Of a stretch of 64,000 bases of DNA, positions 51,922-64,000 are shown one piece after another. Position numbers and translations under genes: made by a program. Below the pieces are notes generated by a model. The model ran no database searches and was not told the origin of the DNA. It was given only the letters and a program-made list of their open reading frames with translations. Source of the stretch: TPA_inf: Saccharomyces (Eukaryota); the NCBI GenBank assembly GCA_000146045.2, contig BK006947.3, positions 160,001 through 224,000 of the forward strand, written 5' to 3'. Positions within the stretch are counted from its first letter, which is position 1. Each line of letters opens with the position of its first letter.

Positions 51922-54600
51922 ATGTCGGATAGTATTTCAGATTCAAAGTCCTCAGAACTTTTAAATTCTACTTTTTATTCGTCGACGTCGATAAATACAC
52001 TTGATCATGCTAGAACCTTTCGAAATTCTCTGATATTGAAGGAGATATCAGATCAAAGTCTAAATTCATCAATAAAGCCATGCGAATCCGTCCTTGATAG
52101 GGATGTTGAAAGCTCAGTTCTGCAGCGGTCGTTTGGAGAAAGTAATGCCCGAGACTCAGAAGTACAAACGGTAAATATGACAACTTCCCCCTCATTAAGT
52201 GCATTGGCTGATATTCTGAACGAAAGATCCAAATATGCTGACCAAAAAACTAGAAAGGCACAAAATATTGAGTCTTCCATAATAGAAGAAGAAGAAGAGG
52301 CCGAAGAGCAAAACAACTCGATCAATTATCACGAGGATATAACTGGATCCAGGCTGTCTGTACGAGAGGAAGCAAATGAAAACTTGGCGATGACCTCTCC
52401 AAACCTTATTGACATTGACGGATCCAATAGTATTCAAGTTGCCCCTTTGAGTTTACCGTCTTTCGAAGAACCTGACTTTTTGTCCACTCCTAGAGTAAAA
52501 CCTGATTCTCAGGGACCTCGGAGCAAAGTTAGTACACGACGTACTATTCTCGAACGAGACAACAATTTACCAGTTAAGCGGGAGGAAAATACTATCATTA
52601 ATTCAGAAACTGAAAGCACAACACATAGCGCACCATTTTTAAAAGAGGATCCGAAACCCTCGCCTCCTTCGAGTAAATTATACAACCCAAAAGTTCGTTT
52701 AAACAAAGCAGAAGCGCGAAAGTATACTGATTCTTCTGCCCAAAGGACTACTTCAGCAGGCTCGGTACTTGAAGACACTTCTATGCATAAAAAGAAAAAG
52801 AGTATATTTTCATTTCTGAAGAAGAAAGAACCGAAACCAGTTATTGGTAATAATAGTGTAACGAATGAAAAAAATAAGATGTCTTCATCGAGCACTTTCT
52901 CAATGAATATTCAAACCTCTTTAAAAACGCCTGAAAAACTAAAGAAGAAGTCTCACAGTAGCAGTAGCATTTTCAATTCCTTCCTAAAGGGAAAAATTGA
53001 AACATCAGACTCACCTCGAAAGGAACCAATGAGGCAAAAAAAAAGAACCCCAAAATCCAAGGACAAAAAGCAAGATACTGAACAAATAATTGACGCCGCA
53101 TCAGTGTTATCCACTGAATCACCTCTACTACGAAAAAACCACGACGATACTCCCGTGAAAATAGATCACGTAACGAGATCAATTGATCAGAGAAAACCTA
53201 CTCCTTTAAACATGGATCTCATATTGGGAGGTGATAAACAGATAAATACCCCGCTACAAGAACACGTAAGAGAAGATGATGATGCCAAAAATGATCTTCA
53301 ATTACCAACCAAGGATAATTTTTTATCACTGGACTACGAAGCACCCTCACCAGCATTTTCCAAACACGATACAGGTGAGGTTCTTTTCCCAAAATTTTTG
53401 GATAATCATGAAGTCGACTCGATCGTTTCTTTAGAAAGAACAAGATCTACAAAGTCTAACAAGAGAAGTTCAATGAACTCGCAAAGAAGGTCATTGACAG
53501 ATACGCTATCGATCAAAGCGCAAAGTGAGGGAATGTTCATCACTGAGGCATCTTCTGTTGTATTATCTACTCCAGACTTGACGAAGTCTCCTGCTAGCAG
53601 CATTTTAAAGAATGGAAGGTTCGAATACTCAGATAATTTCTCCAGAGAACACTCTTACGAAGGTACCACGAATGAGGACTTTTTAGATATCAAGGACGAT
53701 AGTGGTCCACTAAAAAAAGATGACATATTTTTAGAGTCTATTGAACAAAAATTTGACCAGCTAGTGATGGCCTCTGATGAAGAAAAAACTGAAGTTGAAA
53801 GGGATGTACCAAAACCAAGAGAAGAACCTCTGAAGAAGGATTCTGAAAGGCAAAGCGTTTTTGCAGATGATGATAACGAGTTAATTTCTGATATAATGGA
53901 GTTTGCAAGTTTTATTAACTTCGGTGATGATGATCTCAATCTAGACCTAGACTTGGGAGATACAACGGCCTCATATGCAACAGAAACCCCTGAACCTGTT
54001 GGAAATGATGAAGTAAATCGCTCTGGTACTTTTGATACACGAAATAACAAAGAGGATAGTTACAAAGAAAGAGAAACTCAATCTTATTCCGCTGCTGGAG
54101 CTACTACATACGGAGATGAGCGTCAAGGTCAATTACATACATTTGAACAAGACGGAAGTGAAATAAATGACAACGAATTTGAGAATGAAGATTTCAACAA
54201 ACACATAGAACAGCCCATAGAAGTTACTCCAAGAAATAATGCATATTTACCAGAATTCGAACCCAATAGACCTGTTTCAATGTCCTTTAAAGGACTAAAA
54301 GCCCCAAGAATGAATACTTCTTTTATTGACTCCATGACGCCTGATTCTCCCGTAAAATCAGACTTAACAAGTCTAGGTGAGGTGTATGTAAACAGTAATA
54401 ATGACCAGGGTGTCCGGTTTTCGTCCCAGATAATACTTTACGACACTTATGGAGAATTCGAATATGATAGACATCCAGAAATTTCCACTTGTAACCAGCT
54501 TACTCCACAACTGGCTCAAATGATCAAATTGGAATTAAATGAGTTAAAGAGCGCAATGGAAGTACACGATGATTCGCGATGTTACACACATTTTTATTAG
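51922..54600 (+). CDS. BNI4: BNI4 (YNL233W), 892 aa septin/Glc7 scaffold for chitin ring assembly
   Basis: The track ORF is 936 aa. The ATG at 51922 (MSDSISDSKSS) gives 892 aa. Ser-rich low-complexity protein with a C-terminal GVRF-type PP1 docking motif (NDQGVRFSSQIILYDT). Confidence 0.88.
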   Translation: MSDSISDSKSSELLNSTFYSSTSINTLDHARTFRNSLILKEISDQSLNSSIKPCESVLDRDVESSVLQRSFGESNARDSEVQTVNMTTSPSLSALADILNERSKYADQKTRKAQNIESSIIEEEEEAEEQNNSINYHEDITGSRLSVREEANENLAMTSPNLIDIDGSNSIQVAPLSLPSFEEPDFLSTPRVKPDSQGPRSKVSTRRTILERDNNLPVKREENTIINSETESTTHSAPFLKEDPKPSPPSSKLYNPKVRLNKAEARKYTDSSAQRTTSAGSVLEDTSMHKKKKSIFSFLKKKEPKPVIGNNSVTNEKNKMSSSSTFSMNIQTSLKTPEKLKKKSHSSSSIFNSFLKGKIETSDSPRKEPMRQKKRTPKSKDKKQDTEQIIDAASVLSTESPLLRKNHDDTPVKIDHVTRSIDQRKPTPLNMDLILGGDKQINTPLQEHVREDDDAKNDLQLPTKDNFLSLDYEAPSPAFSKHDTGEVLFPKFLDNHEVDSIVSLERTRSTKSNKRSSMNSQRRSLTDTLSIKAQSEGMFITEASSVVLSTPDLTKSPASSILKNGRFEYSDNFSREHSYEGTTNEDFLDIKDDSGPLKKDDIFLESIEQKFDQLVMASDEEKTEVERDVPKPREEPLKKDSERQSVFADDDNELISDIMEFASFINFGDDDLNLDLDLGDTTASYATETPEPVGNDEVNRSGTFDTRNNKEDSYKERETQSYSAAGATTYGDERQGQLHTFEQDGSEINDNEFENEDFNKHIEQPIEVTPRNNAYLPEFEPNRPVSMSFKGLKAPRMNTSFIDSMTPDSPVKSDLTSLGEVYVNSNNDQGVRFSSQIILYDTYGEFEYDRHPEISTCNQLTPQLAQMIKLELNELKSAMEVHDDSRCYTHFY

Positions 54601-54922
54601 AGCAGAAAACTGGGAGAAATGGAAATGAATCAAATCATACATATCAAGACATTCTAGTTTTTATAAACCTATAATTTATCGCAAGAATCTTGGGTGTTAT
54701 GTGTTGTATTTGCGGCATCATTTCAAAATACCGTCTGCATTACCCGTCTCCGTCACGTGAAGTAAAAATTTCCAAAAAATATTGAAAAAAGAAAGAAAAA
54801 TAAGATCCAGAATTCACTGATGATGAGCTTATGGTACGGCATGATTAACTACGCATTTGTATATTAAAGATTCTTTGATTTTTTCCAGAGCATTGAATAC
54901 CTCAATCTATAAGTGTATTATA

Positions 54923-55801
54923 ATGGCATGCAATTTTCAGTTTCCAGAAATAGCTTATCCAGGTAAACTAATATGCCCACAGTACGGTACGGAAAATAAA
55001 GATGGCGAAGATATAATTTTCAATTATGTGCCCGGTCCCGGAACTAAACTAATTCAATATGAACACAACGGACGAACTTTAGAAGCTATAACTGCTACAC
55101 TAGTTGGGACAGTGAGGTGTGAGGAAGAAAAAAAAACTGATCAGGAAGAAGAGCGTGAAGGCACTGATCAATCTACAGAGGAAGAAAAATCAGTAGATGC
55201 ATCACCTAATGATGTCACAAGAAGAACTGTAAAAAATATTCTGGTTTCAGTGCTTCCTGGGACAGAAAAGGGTCGTAAAACCAACAAATATGCTAATAAT
55301 GATTTTGCCAATAACCTACCGAAGGAAGGTGATATTGTGCTGACCAGGGTGACAAGGCTTTCGTTGCAACGAGCCAATGTCGAAATTTTAGCTGTGGAAG
55401 ATAAACCATCTCCAATTGATAGTGGCATCGGCAGTAATGGATCGGGAATAGTCGCTGCTGGTGGCGGTTCTGGAGCAGCTACGTTCTCTGTTTCTCAAGC
55501 ATCATCAGATTTAGGTGAGACATTCAGAGGTATAATCAGGTCTCAGGATGTACGGTCTACAGACAGAGATCGTGTGAAAGTGATAGAATGTTTCAAGCCG
55601 GGAGATATTGTTAGGGCGCAAGTTTTATCATTAGGTGACGGAACCAACTACTATTTGACCACTGCAAGGAATGACCTTGGGGTCGTGTTCGCCAGAGCTG
55701 CTAATGGTGCTGGTGGATTGATGTATGCTACAGACTGGCAAATGATGACTTCACCGGTTACAGGCGCTACAGAAAAGCGCAAATGTGCCAAACCTTTTTG
55801 A
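54923..55801 (+). CDS. CSL4: CSL4 (YNL232W), 292 aa exosome cap subunit (S1 domain plus Zn-ribbon-like)
   Basis: The track ORF is 314 aa. The ATG at 54923 ([14 protein letters not shown]) gives 292 aa. S1-like region [12 protein letters not shown]-terminal region. Confidence 0.88.
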
Positions 55802-55986
55802 TATGTAACAGCTTATCTACAGTGCATATAGACGCGTATATATTTAAAAGAGGGTATTCGCTTCTTCTTCTTTAGATTGCATTCTTTGATGGTTAGGAAA
55901 AAGAAGCGGGAACGTGATTAAACTTTTTATTCTCTTTTATTTATTATATATTATAGTGCATTATCATTATCTATCTAAATTTGCCT

Positions 55987-57063
<1,077 letters not shown>

Positions 57064-57446
57064 TTATATAAAGTGGTTTTGTATTATTTGTTGGATGGAG
57101 AGAAGGGAACAGTTAGAAACAAAATAAGGATTGAAATATTTTTCTAACGAAGAAGTGGTATTAGTCTATCTAGAACTGATATATATACATACATATATAT
57201 ATATAAATATATATATATTCAGACAATGAGCACAATATTGTGCATGTACAAGAGTGGGATGCGCATATAGTGCATGAACCTATTGCGATAAAGATCTGGC
57301 AATATATAGAGAGATATATCGCATGCTTGCACTCAAATAGAGTCGGGTGGAATGAAAAAAATCATAAAAATTACTAAGACGGAAGACAAAAAGATGACGC
57401 GCAACGCGAAAATCGCTTATAAGCAGGGATGCCGTTGCTTCCGGTT

Positions 57447-57454
57447 GCTTTCTT
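57447..57454. promoter_or_regulatory. PDRE (TCCGCGGA) Pdr1/Pdr3 response element upstream of PDR16
   Basis: Perfect palindromic octamer tccgcgga at 57447-57454, about 405 bp upstream of the PDR16 ATG (57042) in the ELA1-PDR16 intergenic region. Confidence 0.7.
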
Positions 57455-57522
57455 TCTCCGCGGAATGACTGGACCCGTGGGAAATCGCAGGGGATGTGAC
57501 GGCCTTCGGAGTTGGGTTACTG

Positions 57523-58662
57523 CTATTTCCGTGGCTCATAGATATACGGACGGGTAGTAGGGCCGGTTGCGGTCACGTGCGGAAAACTATCTCCGTCAGA
57601 TCCGGCATTTCGTACGAAAATTCCGGATTTCTTCTTCTTGTGGCCCTTTGTTACGGGATTTGCGGTGACACTTGATATTGAAGTTACAACATCTTTGTGG
57701 GGATAAGGATGAGAAGTAGTACGGTGATCGTTGGTGATCGCTGTTGTATGGGGTCGAGAACCTGCAGCGTTTGTCTTCGGAGTAGGCCTGAATAGCGCAG
57801 GTTTTTTACGATTGAGAAAGATTGACGGTGATTCGGATCTTCTCTTCTTCACCGGCGTGATGGGCTGCGTAACATCTTTCTTCTCTGCTGTGACATTATC
57901 CATTTGACGATTTACCTTAACAGGCTCCGGTTTGATGGACAATGGGCCTTTCTTGGGGGAAGACGATTGTCCGCCCGCTTGGCCACCAAAGGCCACACGT
58001 TGCGCATGCCTTTTTGCAATGTTGAATCCGCCGTCTTTGAAATGCTTTAGTCTGGACTCGTGATCTTTCAACGATTTCATGTATAATTGCGAATGGGGTT
58101 CGTTGTGCAACCTTGTAGTCTTCTTGGTGTTTCTCTTTTTGAAGTAAACAGTGTGGTCAACCACTATGGTTTGCTTTTTTTCTCTTTCTTGCTGCAACTT
58201 CTGCATTTCCAGCCTTAATCTCTCTGCGCTTTCCTCTTGTTTCTTTTCCACTTCTTGTTGGTACTTTGAGTATAACATTCTGTATGGTATTCGGTACTTG
58301 TTGTTTCGGATGTCTTTGACGACTGATTGACGCACGCAAGACTTCAATAAATCCTGATTCGAATGGTACAGTTCTATATCGTTTTCCTTAACGAAATCAA
58401 AGTAATATTTGCAAATAATGTCTCTCTTAGAGACAAATTGTTCGTGTACATTAGTCGGGAAATCTTGCCTTAAAAATTCTAACCATAGTTCATCATCGTC
58501 AAATATCAATAGTACGTTGCTTTTCTCAAGTTTTAATAGTTGTGGTATTTTTACTTTCTGCAGTATCCTCTTTAATAAGTGATAGGGGACATTACTCACA
58601 GATTGTATGTTTGAATGATTTCTCATCAATGAGATTTCACATAGTGTTTGTAAACTTTTCAT
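57523..58662 (-). CDS. ELA1: ELA1 (YNL230C), 379 aa elongin A homologue
   Basis: 379-aa ORF, ATG at 58662. N-terminal F-box/elongin-A-like region ([15 protein letters not shown]... LLKLEKS). Length and position match. Confidence 0.85.
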
Positions 58663-59136
58663 ATCTCGACATCAATCGATTTATACATTCACTAGAACGT
58701 ATTTCCATGAACAAAAACCGTTTGCATGTAAGTTACATATGTATCTAATCGTCATAACTGAACAAATCCCTTCTTCGCAAATATTAAATATTTGAAATTT
58801 TCTATTGTGATCTTTCTTAAGCCCATCGTGGCAAATGCCGAGAAAAATACGCAATTGTACCAGCTTTATTGAAAGCGCCAGATATACAGTGACAACACCC
58901 CGAATATAGTTGAGAAATTTATAGTATTTCAATTATTACATAAAACAAAATTTTGGAATTCTGTGGTTGGGGTAACAAAGAATAAATAGAAGCAACAGAA
59001 ATTTCAAAACTATTATATACTTCTATGACATTTTTGTTTATATTTGCACTTAATTTTCCTTTTTGTCTGCCTATATACATACCCTTATAACCTTCTTTTC
59101 CTCCTTCTTCTTTCTTTCTTGTTTTTAAAGCAGCCT

Positions 59137-60201
59137 TCATTCACCACGCAATGCCTTGATGACCGCGGGTCTTCTCATCATATGCTTCGTCCATTTGTAA
59201 ACTTCTGGAAATTCAATTTTGATATTAATGCCAATTCTATCCACGACATTATTCCATGGGACAAAGGCCAAATCTGCTATAGTTAATTTATCTCCTACAA
59301 GCCATACGGGATAATCAAAGAAACGACTTTGTGACATTGGTGTTGTACCAGCTGAGTATGCAGCCGCATTTTCCGTGTCTAATTCCATCACCAGCGCTTC
59401 TCTACGTTCAGCCAAGGCCATCTCCACTACACCGTAAACTCTTCTAACCTCATCCGTATATCTTTCTACAGCACTTGCTATCTTTTGTGAATGGAAGTAT
59501 CTGAAATGTAAAGCTTGTCCAATCATTGGCGCATGCCCTGACGTTTGGAAGAACAACCATGCGTTGATTTGTGATTGGTCAGCTAAATCATCGGACCAGA
59601 GTAATGGATTACCAGTCTCTTTGTAATATTTATTTACCAAATGTAATAAAATCGCCCCTGATTCCCAAATAGACAAGTTGTCCATACCATGATCGATTAA
59701 AGCTGGAACTCTTGCATTAGGGTTCACAGACACAAATTCGGGGGCCCTATGTTCGCCAAGATTGAAATCTAGGAAGATTGTGTTATAATGAAATCCAAGT
59801 TCACTTAGTACTATAGCAACTTTGAATCCATTAGGCGCAGACCTGTGAGAGAAAAGGGTATATCCCTCCAGTGGTTGTTCTTGAAAAAATTTTGTAATTC
59901 TGGAATACTCCACGTGACTCATATCCGAAAATGCCTGTTGTTGTTGTCGATGTTGTTCTAAGGTATTCTTGATATTATTCTCGTTATCATTATTTTGGCT
60001 ACCATTGCGGCCGCTGTTATTGTTTTGAACATTATTGTTATTACTACTGCTATTGTTATTATTATTATTATTTACACCTGTTGAAAATTCAAAATTTATA
60101 TTACTTTGATCGGTGGTTGTATTACTGTTCCTGTTTCCTATGTTTACTTGACGGAGCGCATTGGAGAGATTCGACACTTGGTTGCCGTTGTTATTCATCA
60201 T
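59137..60201 (-). CDS. URE2: URE2 (YNL229C), 354 aa nitrogen catabolite repression regulator / [URE3] prion protein (GST fold)
   Basis: 354-aa ORF, ATG at 60201 (MMNNNGNQVSNLSNALRQVNIGNRNSNTTTDQSNINFEF...). Asn-rich N-terminal ~90 aa followed by a GST-like domain. Confidence 0.97.
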   Translation of the reverse strand: MMNNNGNQVSNLSNALRQVNIGNRNSNTTTDQSNINFEFSTGVNNNNNNNSSSNNNNVQNNNSGRNGSQNNDNENNIKNTLEQHRQQQQAFSDMSHVEYSRITKFFQEQPLEGYTLFSHRSAPNGFKVAIVLSELGFHYNTIFLDFNLGEHRAPEFVSVNPNARVPALIDHGMDNLSIWESGAILLHLVNKYYKETGNPLLWSDDLADQSQINAWLFFQTSGHAPMIGQALHFRYFHSQKIASAVERYTDEVRRVYGVVEMALAERREALVMELDTENAAAYSAGTTPMSQSRFFDYPVWLVGDKLTIADLAFVPWNNVVDRIGINIKIEFPEVYKWTKHMMRRPAVIKALRGE

Positions 60202-60658
60202 TTGGTGTACAACTTAATTTGCAGCTTAAAACAATATGACTAATAACAAAAAATGAAAAACTAAAAATAAAGAAGTTCGTACGGGGGATCTTTATTCCTC
60301 TTCGATTCAATTCAGTGCTATAAACAATTCCAAATGAGCTGTTTGAAAAGGAAAGATTTTTGCTATTCTTTTCAACCTCGAGTAAGGAAGCTTTCGTCTT
60401 TGTATAGTTGCTTTTCTGGCCTAGTAGAAAGGAAAACTACATGCTGAAGCCACTCTTCCTCAAAAATTCAATAGTGGCAGCTCATCAATCCTCCTATTCG
60501 GCGAGAATTGAAAAAAAAATTCCAGGCTGCGTCACCCGGATTAATGTTGTTATTCCAGACAACAGTCGGTATTCATTTTCCACATTGACTACAGTTAAAT
60601 TAAACTCTACACAGCTCTACTAATAATTTCTGTTTCGGCGTTCTATGGTTTGGTGTCA

Positions 60659-62431
60659 CTATATTCTTTTGGTCTTGACTTTCTTTCTTTTCACTACGTT
60701 TTTCACTGCCGCATGCCCTGCTATCTTCACGTGGTTGAATAGCTTATTTCGACTATCAAATGATTCTCCGCATGTAGTGCACACCTCGATCGCGGAGGTT
60801 GGAGACATAGAGGACGGTAGAGTCGACAAGGACGGAGTGCTTTTTGTGGATTTAGAATTCTTTTTAGGTTGTTTGCCCTTTTTCTTTTTCGCTTTAGTAG
60901 ACCAATCTTCATCGTCATCCGTTTGTAAGCCCTTGTCTCCTAGTGATGCCAAAAGATCATCCAACTCATTACTCCGTTTGTCTTTAGTATCATCGAACGA
61001 TTCAGATTCCTCTGTTTCTGTGTCAACCTTTGCTTTTTTTTTCTTTTTTCTTTTCTTTTTATTCTTCGTATTCACATGTACATTTTCATCCGAACTGACG
61101 TCTTCTACCTCTATATCCATTTCTATGTTGAGATTGTCATCTTCACTTTCGTCTTCAGAAGACGATTCTGCCAGTTTTCTTTCAATTTCAGCGAGTTCAG
61201 CTTGCAATGCTTGCAGATCAATATCTTCTTTTTCTTTAACACTTTCATCTGCTGAATCAAATTTCTCGAGATCGGAGAGATTATCCAACCCAAGCGTTAT
61301 GTTTTCCTCTTCCATTTCTTTCCGTATCTCTTCCATATTTTTCTTATGCAGTTTAGTGTTTATGTGGTTTTTCAATTGCTTTTCCGACTTAAATGTCTTG
61401 TTGCAGATAAAACACTCGTAAATCAATACTTCACCTTCCTTATCATTCTTAGAATTTTCGAATTCTCCAAAATTATCATATACCTTTTCCAGTTCATCCC
61501 AGTTTTCTTCTTTTACCGTTTGCCAGCTTTGTAAATGAAATTTTTCTTCGTCATTGTTGTCGTTCCCAAACTTTCTTCTGTTATTTAACTCATTTTTCCT
61601 CTGTTGTTCTTTTAGTTTACGCTGTTCTTCTGCAATTTTTGCACCTTCTTTCATTCTTTTATCGAGCTTTTTTATGAAAACTACAAACCTTTTCACGGTT
61701 TTGTTGTATTCATTTCGAGCTTGTTGCCTAGCCTTCTCATTTCTTCTATTAACTTCCCTCTTGGTTCTTCTGTCATAGTTTTTAGAGTACATGTACTCGT
61801 CTTTCCAGCTAAAACTTTTCAAGGTATTGAACGCTGACCAAGTCTTATAGAAATGTTTCAAATATTCATAATCCGTTGGCGAATATCCAAATAAAGGATA
61901 TAAAAGTTTATCCGTCTTGTTAATAAAGTTATCGCAGGCTTTCAAATAGCCAATACTATTAATATCCTGTTCGAATACATCATCTTGATACTCGGAAAAT
62001 TTCCCCAGTCGCTTACCACTTAAAATCTCATCTTTAGCTAACTTGGCAAATATTTTTCCTGCAATTTGATATATCCCAGCAGCTGAGTTGTCTATTTTAG
62101 TATAAAGAGCAGAGTTAAAAAATAAGAGTAATTCATCAGTTGTGACACCTGTGACTGTAGCGTCTACCTCATAATCATAGTAATCATCAGTGCTTGGTGG
62201 AGTATCATTTAAAATTTGTTCCTTATGTGAGTCATACCATGCTCTTTCCTGGGGGTCAGACAGTACTTCATAAGCGGCTCGAATCACAGCAAATTTTTGT
62301 GTGGCTTCTTCAACATTATCTGGGTTTTTATCTGGGTGATATTGTAGGGCCTTTTTACGGTAAGCTTTTTTTAACTCAAGATCAGAAGCATGCGTTTCGA
62401 CCCCTAAAAGCTCATAGTAGCAGGTCTTCAT
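60659..62431 (-). CDS. JJJ1: JJJ1 (YNL227C), 590 aa J-domain / C2H2 zinc-finger pre-60S maturation factor
   Basis: 590-aa ORF, ATG at 62431. J domain with HPD ([33 protein letters not shown]), C2H2 fingers ([23 protein letters not shown]; [23 protein letters not shown]), poly-K stretch. Confidence 0.95.
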   Translation of the reverse strand: MKTCYYELLGVETHASDLELKKAYRKKALQYHPDKNPDNVEEATQKFAVIRAAYEVLSDPQERAWYDSHKEQILNDTPPSTDDYYDYEVDATVTGVTTDELLLFFNSALYTKIDNSAAGIYQIAGKIFAKLAKDEILSGKRLGKFSEYQDDVFEQDINSIGYLKACDNFINKTDKLLYPLFGYSPTDYEYLKHFYKTWSAFNTLKSFSWKDEYMYSKNYDRRTKREVNRRNEKARQQARNEYNKTVKRFVVFIKKLDKRMKEGAKIAEEQRKLKEQQRKNELNNRRKFGNDNNDEEKFHLQSWQTVKEENWDELEKVYDNFGEFENSKNDKEGEVLIYECFICNKTFKSEKQLKNHINTKLHKKNMEEIRKEMEEENITLGLDNLSDLEKFDSADESVKEKEDIDLQALQAELAEIERKLAESSSEDESEDDNLNIEMDIEVEDVSSDENVHVNTKNKKKRKKKKKAKVDTETEESESFDDTKDKRSNELDDLLASLGDKGLQTDDDEDWSTKAKKKKGKQPKKNSKSTKSTPSLSTLPSSMSPTSAIEVCTTCGESFDSRNKLFNHVKIAGHAAVKNVVKRKKVKTKRI

Positions 62432-62723
62432 CCGTTATTTTTGAAGTAGTAGGATATCACTATACTGATATTAACTCTTGGCTGGTCAGACTTTTACTAT
62501 GTAAAAAGAGCTACTTTGCGATGACTTCAAATTTTTTTCACGTATATTTTTTTTCTATTCTTAAAACAAGAAAAAGTGTAAACATAAAATGTTGGCCGCT
62601 TAAGCCCTCCAATTTTACAACAAATGAATATTTTATACATACTTCCTAGAATATAATTTAATCTTATACCTTAATTTTTAGTTACAATTACAACAATTTA
62701 TCTATTGACTCCGTTAATAAAAA

Positions 62724-64000
62724 TTACTTCACCATCTTCTCCAGGATATGATCATACAGATGGTCCAGACACCTCTCCAAATGGTGATCTATGGAATCCA
62801 TCCTGCGCGTTGACATAAAATCATAGTATGCTTGATCCGTAAATTTCTTTAGATTCATTTCTTGACTATATACTTGTCTATGCAGACGTTGAGCAAAATT
62901 GGACAGCATGATGTTTTCATATTTCAATTTGATAGCCAGCAACGGAATCTTTCGCCTTAACTTTGGATAAGGAATACCAACAGCCAAAACAATTTCTTTG
63001 ACAGTATTTTGTAAAGTCGTCAAATTTGCTGAATCAATTTGTTCAACCATAAGGAAATTACATTCTTCTGCCGAAATATCGGGCCTTGACTGTAAGATAT
63101 TTTTTATTGTAATCCTTTCAGAAGTATTTCCCTCTAAGTTTCCAAATCGCGACCTCAAATTATCCAGTTCCTTTGATAGAGTGTTTGTTTTCTTTTCAGC
63201 ATCTGCTAGCATTTTTTCTTTATCCTTCAATGATGTTTCGTATTTTTCTTTGCTTTTTTCCCATGATCCTAGTCTTTCATTCAACCTTTCCAGCTTAATT
63301 TTTATTTCCTCATTACATCCTTTCAAAATTTCCTTCTCATCGATTGTCAACTTGTCAAATTTATCACATAGTATTTTGTTCTGTTTGGAAAGGGTTTTAT
63401 TTGTACCAATTAAAGTATTATTTTTTTCTCTCATGGTCTGGATTTCAATTTTTTTATTCTCTAACTCATTTCGGAGATCCTCAGCTTCTGCTTTTGCATT
63501 TTTAAATCGCTGAGAAATGCGGCTCAGCTCTTCTTGCTGTGATGCACATAAAAACCCTTTAATATTAGGATATTTTTCTTGTAATATGTGATCTAATTTT
63601 GAAGAATTTTCCTCCGAGTCATACAAATCGAAAAACAATATACCAATCGGTATTTCAAACAGCTCGGCCTTTCTTAAGGAGTCAGTGAGACTTAGTAATG
63701 CAGTGTGTTTTGTCTGAATAGTATCATTGGCTTTTTCCAACATTTCTTTATTCAGCGAAAGGTCCTTTGTTAGGTTTTCAATCAATACTGTCTGTTCTTC
63801 AATTTTTTTTTTGTTATCTAAGGTTTTGTCGTTTGACTTCGTAGCTGCTTCGAGCTCCTTTTGTAAAGAGTTTGCTCTTTCCTCTTGTCTTAGATTATCT
63901 CTACCCAATTCAATAACTTTTTTTTGATACCCCAGTATCACATTTTCTAACATTCGAAAATCCTCTTTCGATAAGGAGTTTTGTAGAAAAATTTTGGCAC
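62724..64000 (-). CDS. CNM67: CNM67 (YNL225C), 3' portion (C-terminal ~425 aa); 5' end lies beyond the window
   Basis: Coiled-coil ORF. The minus-strand frame remains open from the internal Met at 63953 to the window edge (upstream codons read ...AKIFLQNSLSKEDFR-M). The full protein is 581 aa by recall. Confidence 0.8.
   Translation of the reverse strand, partial: AKIFLQNSLSKEDFRMLENVILGYQKKVIELGRDNLRQEERANSLQKELEAATKSNDKTLDNKKKIEEQTVLIENLTKDLSLNKEMLEKANDTIQTKHTALLSLTDSLRKAELFEIPIGILFFDLYDSEENSSKLDHILQEKYPNIKGFLCASQQEELSRISQRFKNAKAEAEDLRNELENKKIEIQTMREKNNTLIGTNKTLSKQNKILCDKFDKLTIDEKEILKGCNEEIKIKLERLNERLGSWEKSKEKYETSLKDKEKMLADAEKKTNTLSKELDNLRSRFGNLEGNTSERITIKNILQSRPDISAEECNFLMVEQIDSANLTTLQNTVKEIVLAVGIPYPKLRRKIPLLAIKLKYENIMLSNFAQRLHRQVYSQEMNLKKFTDQAYYDFMSTRRMDSIDHHLERCLDHLYDHILEKMVK

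Noticed and set aside
58663-59136. Two short minus-strand ORFs (83 aa and 73 aa) in the ELA1-URE2 spacer
   Set aside because: Short, Lys/Ile-rich, no start context or conservation clues. This region is the URE2 3' flank and ELA1 promoter and is more likely non-coding.
60645-61421. 258-aa + strand ORF inside JJJ1
   Set aside because: Entirely antisense to the JJJ1 CDS. Its S/F/L-rich sequence is the mirror of JJJ1 E/K codons. It corresponds to dubious YNL228W in my recollection.
62194-62649. 151-aa + strand ORF overlapping the JJJ1 5' end and promoter
   Set aside because: Antisense to the JJJ1 N-terminal J domain. No conservation signal I can see. It matches dubious YNL226W by position.

Overview
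This window reads as a gene-dense stretch of the left arm of Saccharomyces cerevisiae chromosome XIV. By recall of translated ORFs and exact protein lengths it runs from YNL258C (DSL1, 5' end only) to YNL225C (CNM67, 3' part only). I identify 31 protein-coding genes. They are monocistronic, sit on alternating strands, and are separated by AT-rich intergenic regions of 150-1100 bp. One gene (VPS75) has a 5' spliceosomal intron with canonical yeast signals: GTATGT donor, TACTAAC branchpoint, AG acceptor. No tRNA, rRNA, Ty/LTR element, CRISPR array or prokaryotic-style operon is visible. The question about an undescribed system therefore has a negative answer: every long ORF matches a named, characterised yeast gene in reference order. 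The items worth a second look are small cis features I could read directly. These are a PAC+RRPE pair between RPA49 and CRS1, a perfect Gal4 CGG-N11-CCG site upstream of LAP3/GAL6, and a perfect PDRE upstream of PDR16. Further items are a URS1-like core upstream of RAD50, an MCB-like pair upstream of BNI4, and STRE-like AGGGG repeats upstream of ZWF1. The list also covers an ATACG tandem repeat upstream of NRD1, overlapping stop codons of VPS75 and CWC25, several homopolymer tracts, and low-complexity or prion-like coding regions. The supplied ORF track uses non-ATG starts (GTG/TTG) for some entries. I corrected those starts to the first in-frame ATG that reproduces the known protein length. 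All gene identities come from memory of the yeast proteome. All coordinates were checked by hand against the printed sequence.
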